Source: a phage. From it: a stretch of 64,000 nt of DNA. The stretch lies in NCBI GenBank assembly GCA_012401045.1, contig GCA_012401045.1_4704.1. One strand, written 5' to 3'. Below, one piece after another: positions 57,972 to 64,000 of the stretch (within the stretch, counting starts at the first letter, position 1; each line of letters opens with the position of its first letter). A program made the position numbers and the translations under genes. The notes under the pieces are model-generated. The model worked only from the letters and a program-made list of their open reading frames with translations, was not told the origin of the DNA and made no database searches.

Positions 57972-58484
57972 TTAAACTTCTTCGTTTTCTGAACCTAATG
58001 ATTCAGCATCTGGATCGTCAACAGGAATGGTTGCATCAAAATACCGTTTCGTATGCGTGGTTGTATATCCTACGCTATCTGTGATGGAAATCGTAAACGT
58101 GACTTCCCTTGCACGGATTAAGCGTAGTTTATTCATGAAGTTACGGAACGGCATCGATCCCCGATTCAACTCCTTAATGACGTTTCCCCGAATACTGGAA
58201 ATGTCTTTATTCGTTTTATCAGGGTGTCGTTTCTTCACATCACGCATATGTCGGGTAATATACGAATTGAGCTGATTTGCGCCGATCCCTCTCTCCGTAT
58301 AAATCTGCAACAGGAACTCCGTAAGGAAATCCTGTCTACCCGTAGGCGTCCAGAAATTGTTACCGTGATTGTAGTTAGTCGCTCGTCCTCGATTGCTTTG
58401 AGGATTTTCATCATCGCTTTCATCACGACGCTTAAGCGGATTAATGCGTGCGCGGAAAGAGACTTCATTATATTTATTTGTCAT
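57972..58484 (-). CDS. hypothetical protein (about 170 aa; track start TTG 58529)
   Basis: ATG 58484 overlaps upstream stop (ATGA coupling). Confidence 0.5.
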   Translation of the reverse strand: MTNKYNEVSFRARINPLKRRDESDDENPQSNRGRATNYNHGNNFWTPTGRQDFLTEFLLQIYTERGIGANQLNSYITRHMRDVKKRHPDKTNKDISSIRGNVIKELNRGSMPFRNFMNKLRLIRAREVTFTISITDSVGYTTTHTKRYFDATIPVDDPDAESLGSENEEV

Positions 58485-58996
58485 AATACACCAGTGTACT
58501 GACTGAGTGCGAAGGTTAGGAGTTCGCAACAGTCTCTCGCTAGTTTCCTTGTTTTGCGTAATCCATAAGCCGCATCCAAATCGTCACGTTCCGCCAGCGC
58601 GTCTAACCACGTCGCAAGTATGCGTCCATACTCGATAACGTCACGCATGAGAACGTCGAACCGGATAACACGACCATCGGCATCAGCAAGCCAACGATTG
58701 AACGTGATTTGTGGTGCTAGTATTGCATATGTTCTCTCCTCTAATGCGATTATGTTTATGTTGCCTTCGTTATCGAACGCTTGATGCCAACGGCGAAGGT
58801 CAAGCATCAACGACTCAGCGTCCATATACCACAACGGTAAATACGTTTTACGTGCAACGCGTATATCGTAGATGTTGTGAACCCAGGACGTTGTTTTGTA
58901 AAGCAACAAGAGTTCGTTTAACCGTTGCCTATCATCTTGAAACGTCTTCCTTTTATAACGTTGGAACGCACGCCTCAAGAAAAAGCGATGTAACAT
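58481..58996 (-). CDS. hypothetical protein (171 aa)
   Basis: ORF track; ATG with AGGTGA SD; TATATTACCT promoter motif about 92 nt upstream. Confidence 0.6.
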   Translation of the reverse strand: MLHRFFLRRAFQRYKRKTFQDDRQRLNELLLLYKTTSWVHNIYDIRVARKTYLPLWYMDAESLMLDLRRWHQAFDNEGNINIIALEERTYAILAPQITFNRWLADADGRVIRFDVLMRDVIEYGRILATWLDALAERDDLDAAYGLRKTRKLARDCCELLTFALSQYTGVL

Positions 58997-59084
58997 GGCA
59001 TCACCTATGTATCATTCTTGCAGGCATCAATGAAGCCATCACAAGAAGGTAACGTTATACGTCGCCTTCATGACTGTCATCATG

Positions 59085-59096
59085 AAGGTAATATAG
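59085..59096 (-). promoter_or_regulatory. candidate early promoter motif CTATATTACCTT
   Basis: Third copy of TATATTACCT, upstream of CDS 58481..58996. Confidence 0.5.
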
Positions 59097-59129
59097 TCCT
59101 GTTATTTTTTTCAATACGGAGAATGTAAA

Positions 59130-59759
59130 ATGAGCGAATATGGTGTTGCCCCCGTAGATGATGAACCGCAAGAAGCACCTGATAAATTCGAGGTCCGTCT
59201 TGACGAAACCCGTAATATCCGCCAACGATTTATTCAACGCCTTGAAATGCTGTTAGATAGCGAATTCAAAGATTTCGAGCTTAATCCTGGCGCTGATAAC
59301 AAAGCCATCGTCGACGTCGAAAACGTCGACCGAATAGGTAAGCTGTTGTTGAAATCGTTGGGCGATAACGACAAAGTCGACTTAACGTTGAAACGTATCA
59401 GTGCCGACCAGGCCATGAATGACAGCGCACTGAAAACAGCACAAGCCCTAACCGAAACCATGCTGCGCCGCTTAGGTCAGATGGATCAACATCCTCTCGC
59501 AGCAGGGGCTGTTTATGAAGGCGAAGTCGTGAAGCCAGTCACGCCTGAAGAACGTGATCGTCGACTTGGTTTTGCGTCATTGGAAGAGTTCGATAGCAAG
59601 GAGTTCTCACCAGGCGTTCTCATCCAGGGACGTGTCGAAGAAACCAGCGATGCTTTCTATGCTAGAATGGCTCAACTGACGGCGTCGGTTCGTGAGGAGG
59701 TATCTCAGAAGATGGCTGCAGATCATCAGTCTTCGGAGGCGTCACACGAGGAGGAATAA
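59130..59759 (+). CDS. hypothetical acidic protein (209 aa)
   Basis: ORF track; ATG with ACGGAGAA SD. Confidence 0.55.
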   Translation: MSEYGVAPVDDEPQEAPDKFEVRLDETRNIRQRFIQRLEMLLDSEFKDFELNPGADNKAIVDVENVDRIGKLLLKSLGDNDKVDLTLKRISADQAMNDSALKTAQALTETMLRRLGQMDQHPLAAGAVYEGEVVKPVTPEERDRRLGFASLEEFDSKEFSPGVLIQGRVEETSDAFYARMAQLTASVREEVSQKMAADHQSSEASHEEE

Positions 59760-60450
59760 AATAACTGAACCATTTTATTCCAAAGAACCGCATGAACATC
59801 ACAGGCGCGTTAGAAAGTTCGATTGCTTCGTAAAGTTTGTCATAAGCCAGATCGGAATCAGGGATGGTTTCACTGATTCGTCTGGCTACAACCAATACGT
59901 TACAAATCGGATTGTCTTCTAACAGCATCTGATTGGGGAGGTGCCAGCGTTTGAAATCGTAAAAGAACATCGCATTATACGTCTTACGGATTTCTGACGG
60001 ATGCAGTGTGGCCGGATGACGGTAAATAATCTCAACGCTATCTTGCGCGCCGAGGTATTGCTGGATGCCTTCTTTTAACGCAATTGCAGCATCTCCCACA
60101 AATTCAAACGGGTACGTATTCACATGAACCGAAAAATCCGGTGCGGCAATCCCTGTCAAGCGGTCTTTCATGTAGTCCGCAACCACGTAACATAATCGCC
60201 ACATCAACTCCGTCGGAATACATTTATCAAGAATGGTTTCATCGATATTTGCCAACGCACCCTTAAACTCTTCGTAAGTGTAAGTAACACCCGCCTGCTT
60301 TTCCGGCTCCAGGTTATAGGGTCGGTAATGCCATTTCTTCCCCCACTTTCTGATAGCCTCAGGATCCAACGTTGTTGCTACCGCCATTTCGATATCAAGC
60401 AGCGCCTCGAGTTCTACGTACACCGTCACTAACGCCGCATTTCCAGTCAT
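59662..60450 (-). CDS. hypothetical protein (262 aa)
   Basis: ORF track; 3' end overlaps convergent gene by about 98 nt. Confidence 0.5.
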   Translation of the reverse strand: MTGNAALVTVYVELEALLDIEMAVATTLDPEAIRKWGKKWHYRPYNLEPEKQAGVTYTYEEFKGALANIDETILDKCIPTELMWRLCYVVADYMKDRLTGIAAPDFSVHVNTYPFEFVGDAAIALKEGIQQYLGAQDSVEIIYRHPATLHPSEIRKTYNAMFFYDFKRWHLPNQMLLEDNPICNVLVVARRISETIPDSDLAYDKLYEAIELSNAPVMFMRFFGIKWFSYFIPPRVTPPKTDDLQPSSEIPPHEPTPSVEPF

Positions 60451-61154
60451 CGTTGCTCTCCAGCTTCACCGGTTAACATCTGCATATCGGGAGACGTTTT
60501 AATTTTCTTCTCGTACTCTTTTGTTTGTTTGAATACCAACTCACCGATTTCTTCCAATTCTTCAACGGTGACGGTATGCAAATAAAGCAACGGAATAATC
60601 CAGGTATTCGCACGAAGCATATCCCGAATATCATCAACGGTGGGTAATTCCGTAAAGAACTGTTCGTCTACCGCGAATAAATCCCGGGCGATACCATCCA
60701 CCAGTTTATGATTGCTTTCATGGATCCATGCAAAACTTCCAGCAAGATGATCGATAAGCATATCGATGTCATCGACCGTTGAGAACACTGTACGCCGAAC
60801 GTGCGTTGTGAGGTCCATCGTAAAACCCATTAACGAAGGGGTTTCCTCAGAACGGAGTTCACGCCAAAGACGGATCATGTTTTCAGGGATAAACAAATCA
60901 TGGATGAACGTCACACTGAATTTCGTAACCCAGTCACGAATTGTTGCACCTTTGGAATATTGTTGCGGTGGGGAATACAAATACACCCAACGTTTTGTGT
61001 ACGCGATAACTTCCTTTCGCATCGCCGCATCTAAAACAAGCACGTAACGATCGGAAGCAAGCTCTTCTAATAAAAGCTCGAACGCAGTATCACTCTCTGG
61101 GGAGAACGATCGTTTTATTTCTGCGATACGTCGTGATAACCGACCACGTAACAT
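60447..61154 (-). CDS. hypothetical protein (235 aa)
   Basis: ORF track; 4-nt overlap with downstream gene. Confidence 0.55.
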   Translation of the reverse strand: MLRGRLSRRIAEIKRSFSPESDTAFELLLEELASDRYVLVLDAAMRKEVIAYTKRWVYLYSPPQQYSKGATIRDWVTKFSVTFIHDLFIPENMIRLWRELRSEETPSLMGFTMDLTTHVRRTVFSTVDDIDMLIDHLAGSFAWIHESNHKLVDGIARDLFAVDEQFFTELPTVDDIRDMLRANTWIIPLLYLHTVTVEELEEIGELVFKQTKEYEKKIKTSPDMQMLTGEAGEQR

Positions 61155-61156
61155 AA

Positions 61157-61831
61157 TTAGCCCTCATCAAGGTTATTCTGGAGATGCATCGCGGTGAGGA
61201 TAACGCCAACCGCCGAAACCGATTTTGCCTTGCTGTCTTCAGGGAGCTGCTCCAAGCTTACGGTACCTGTTTCTAACAGCATGCGGTTCATTGCGTTGAA
61301 CTTCTTATCGTCACCACCACGAGCCTGCATCAGCTCTCGGTTCACGTTCGGCATCGACCGTCCTAACGTCGCTTGCATTTCCGGCTGGCTCCAAGTGGAA
61401 CCTTTACTATCACCCGTCGGCTGATTGGTGAGCTGGTCCTTGGTGTTGTTGTTTTTCGGAATCGAAATTTTAGCACTCAACGTTTCGGCTTGTCGGCGGT
61501 TTGGAATCAGGTACAATCTGGTTGGGCGGTCACGAAGCACCAATTGCCCTGTTTTCTGGTCGGTGAGATAAATGCGTTGGAAGAAAGGGAAACCGTATTT
61601 CTTACCGACTTCCAACGCACGTTTTATCGTCACCTCGTTTTTGTTCATGTTGGGTACCCAGATGGGTAGAATCTCTTTCTTATCCCGACATAAACGCATA
61701 TAGGCATCAAACGTCTCATCATCGATTTCAGCAAAACGTTTTTTGTAAATAGCGTAAGTCGGGCTCGATTCACCCACCAGGTCTTTGATATACCCAAGAA
61801 TGAATTTTTCTGCTGCAGCGCGGTTGGACAT
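61157..61831 (-). CDS. hypothetical protein (224 aa)
   Basis: ORF track. Confidence 0.55.
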   Translation of the reverse strand: MSNRAAAEKFILGYIKDLVGESSPTYAIYKKRFAEIDDETFDAYMRLCRDKKEILPIWVPNMNKNEVTIKRALEVGKKYGFPFFQRIYLTDQKTGQLVLRDRPTRLYLIPNRRQAETLSAKISIPKNNNTKDQLTNQPTGDSKGSTWSQPEMQATLGRSMPNVNRELMQARGGDDKKFNAMNRMLLETGTVSLEQLPEDSKAKSVSAVGVILTAMHLQNNLDEG

Positions 61832-61840
61832 AAACGTCTC

Positions 61841-62182
61841 CTATTGTCGTGTCTGTTGCGGAAATACCCGAAACACCTGGACAATGATGTTCTTGTCCTC
61901 GCGGTTGGCGATGTCGATCATGTGTTTTGTTCCAGGACTTTTGAAATCCCAGAACGCAATTAAATGCGTAATGACATCGCCCATCCACTCATTGCGTCTG
62001 AATCCAGCACCTTTACGATAAGGACCATCCCAATCGGCAGGAAACGTGGTGTATTTAAACCCGTAATCCTTCGCGTAGCGGCGCACATGCAAATCAGCGC
62101 CTGAATGCGCACCGCCAGCAATGAGATGAACTTTGTCGTGAGGAAGGTTGTGTAACATCTGGTTCATACGCTTTTCGAACAA
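61841..62182 (-). CDS. hypothetical protein (113 aa), possible Rossmann-like nucleotide-binding fold
   Basis: ORF track; HLIAGGAHSGADLH Gly-rich loop; assignment tentative. Confidence 0.45.
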   Translation of the reverse strand: MFEKRMNQMLHNLPHDKVHLIAGGAHSGADLHVRRYAKDYGFKYTTFPADWDGPYRKGAGFRRNEWMGDVITHLIAFWDFKSPGTKHMIDIANREDKNIIVQVFRVFPQQTRQ

Positions 62183-62235
62183 GGGATAATCATCCCAGTA
62201 GCGTGATCCCGATACCCCTACACGATAGGGTTCGC

Positions 62236-62556
62236 TTATCTTCCACCGCGCAATGACTTTACGTTGCGTGCGATAAAGGGTGCAACGTAATCACGGAAAT
62301 TATGGATCCATCCTTTAATGGGTTGGTTGTCTAGTAAGCACTCACGTACCGAAAACGTACTTACTTCTAATACACCAAACTGTAGTCGCCAATAGCGATT
62401 GATTTCAGCTTGGGTATGTTCTAATGTCATGTACTCAGGAACACGAGCCAATAGGTCGTGTTTAAATTGCTCAGCAATCGCTGGTTGATGTGACGCAATT
62501 GTCTGCGTGATAACATCAATCAGTTCATGTGCATGCTTGATAGCAGGTGCGGTCAT
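62236..62556 (-). CDS. hypothetical protein (106 aa)
   Basis: ORF track. Confidence 0.5.
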   Translation of the reverse strand: MTAPAIKHAHELIDVITQTIASHQPAIAEQFKHDLLARVPEYMTLEHTQAEINRYWRLQFGVLEVSTFSVRECLLDNQPIKGWIHNFRDYVAPFIARNVKSLRGGR

Positions 62557-62568
62557 TTATTTAGCCTT

Positions 62569-63993
62569 TTATTTTTTACTCGGACGATTCAATGCGGGTA
62601 CCGGGTTCTTTGGTTGCTTTGTCTTTTCATCCATCCAGTACGGGAAGTACTCACCAGTACGCATACGCAATAAGTCCATTGTGGACAGGAACGGCAGCGG
62701 GTTAGGATCGTCCAGATACGTCCAGTAACCACGCGTGTTTAACAATACATCCCAATCGAAACCTTTTGCTTTAAGATCGTCGTACAGTTCCTGTGGGGTG
62801 CAATACAGCTGTGGGTTTTCGTAAACCTCTTGACGCCAGAGATTATGCATTTGACACAGCTCCGACGTAATTTCCAGAGCACGCTGTAAATACTCATCCT
62901 CTTCGCAGAGTGAACGAATGGTCGTACGCTGCAACGCAACATCCGGATAAATATCCAAATATACCGTTGAAGCACCATCAGCTGACTTACCACCTGACGC
63001 ATGCATACCCCAACCACGCATCCAATCTTTATCACGCAGGTAGTGGTATTCCGTTAATGATGGTTTAACCCCTTCGCTCTGACTAACCACAATCGGGAAC
63101 GGTAAGCCGGTGGGTCCGTTTTTAGCGCGCATGTTAAAGACTTGAATCAACTGCAGATCGGTATCCCCGATAAGGTTGTCACCAGGCCCACGCGGATAAA
63201 GGACGCGTTTATCCGCGTTCTGAAGAATCGTCAGTTTATCGATTTTCCAGAGGTTATTCGTATAAAACGTGAAGCGTTCCGGGACGTTCTTAAACTTCTC
63301 ATCGCCCTTAAACCCTTTCAGTTTTCGTACCGGTTGCTGTCCCGGCATACCACCAACGTTTACACCGTCACCAAGGTGGGCGGTCATGGTAATGTAGATA
63401 CCCGCCGACGCTGTGAGTACTGGCATCTGTGATAGAATCTGGCTTTTCGCAGCTGCTGAACGCATCGCTTCAGCATTCAGTTTTGCGCCACCCGCGGTTT
63501 CTTTATCGAACAGTGCATCAACGGCATCGATTGGTAATCCAGAGAAACTGTCGATGAGTACAACGGTCGGCAACCACCAGGTATAGTTCTCACCATGTTT
63601 ATTAATAAACGGAACGGCTTTGCGTTGAGATTTATCTTTGACCTTATCGTCACGGAATTTCTTAATCGCATCAAACCAAATGTTACCGCTCATCTGAACA
63701 GCATCGGTGATAAACACACGTTCTTCTTCGAAAAGATCAACACCTGCGATATTAGACATGTTCATCGCAAGCGTTAAGATACGTGTTGTCGTTAACGACA
63801 TTTCGGTGTCGTAAACGCTACTATTGCTGTTTGCGTAACGATCGATAACGCGTAACAAGCGAAACATTATGAACGTGGTTTTGTTCATGTTGCCGCGAGC
63901 GCCTGCGCCCTCAACAAGCATCATGCCGCCGTTACAAATGCTTTCACCGTGTTTACCGATATAGTACCGACCGCCAGATGTGGGAATATCCAT
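62569..63993 (-). CDS. RecA/UvsX-like ATPase (474 aa)
   Basis: RecA-core-like GGMMLVEGAGARGNMNKTTF (Walker A-like) and hydrophobic strand ending in Asp, TVVLIDSFSGL (Walker B-like). Confidence 0.5.
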   Translation of the reverse strand: MDIPTSGGRYYIGKHGESICNGGMMLVEGAGARGNMNKTTFIMFRLLRVIDRYANSNSSVYDTEMSLTTTRILTLAMNMSNIAGVDLFEEERVFITDAVQMSGNIWFDAIKKFRDDKVKDKSQRKAVPFINKHGENYTWWLPTVVLIDSFSGLPIDAVDALFDKETAGGAKLNAEAMRSAAAKSQILSQMPVLTASAGIYITMTAHLGDGVNVGGMPGQQPVRKLKGFKGDEKFKNVPERFTFYTNNLWKIDKLTILQNADKRVLYPRGPGDNLIGDTDLQLIQVFNMRAKNGPTGLPFPIVVSQSEGVKPSLTEYHYLRDKDWMRGWGMHASGGKSADGASTVYLDIYPDVALQRTTIRSLCEEDEYLQRALEITSELCQMHNLWRQEVYENPQLYCTPQELYDDLKAKGFDWDVLLNTRGYWTYLDDPNPLPFLSTMDLLRMRTGEYFPYWMDEKTKQPKNPVPALNRPSKK

Positions 63994-64000
63994 TAAGCAA

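Noticed and set aside
1-64000. CRISPR arrays, IS elements, integrase or attachment sites
   Set aside because: No regularly spaced direct repeats, no transposase or integrase-like ORFs, no long terminal inverted repeats seen on reading

Overview
This 64-kb window looks like part of a phiKZ-like, nucleus-forming jumbo phage genome, and its most notable feature is an RNA polymerase beta' gene interrupted inside its catalytic NADFDGD motif by what appear to be two tandem group I introns. Everything here is read from the sequence by eye with no database search; coordinates I derived myself (introns, hairpins, motifs) may be off by 1-2 nt, and CDS coordinates follow the ORF track, whose starts include GTG/TTG and sometimes over-extend. 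The window holds about 60 protein-coding genes, mostly on the minus strand, with no rRNA, tRNA, CRISPR array or IS element seen. Recognisable genes are a tubulin/FtsZ-like PhuZ homolog, a 631-aa chimallin-sized gene, two paralogous beta'-like RNAP genes plus one beta-like gene, a large terminase, a candidate tail sheath/tube pair, a roughly 2220-aa virion protein with a GH19-like domain, and a RecA-like ATPase. In the interrupted beta' gene (3134..5359), the DGD codons seem to sit on a 13-nt micro-exon between the two introns; this is the candidate novel finding, though the second intron's boundaries are less certain. Other observations include a repeated TATATTACCT promoter-like motif upstream of four minus-strand genes and a family of G/C-arm hairpins at gene boundaries.
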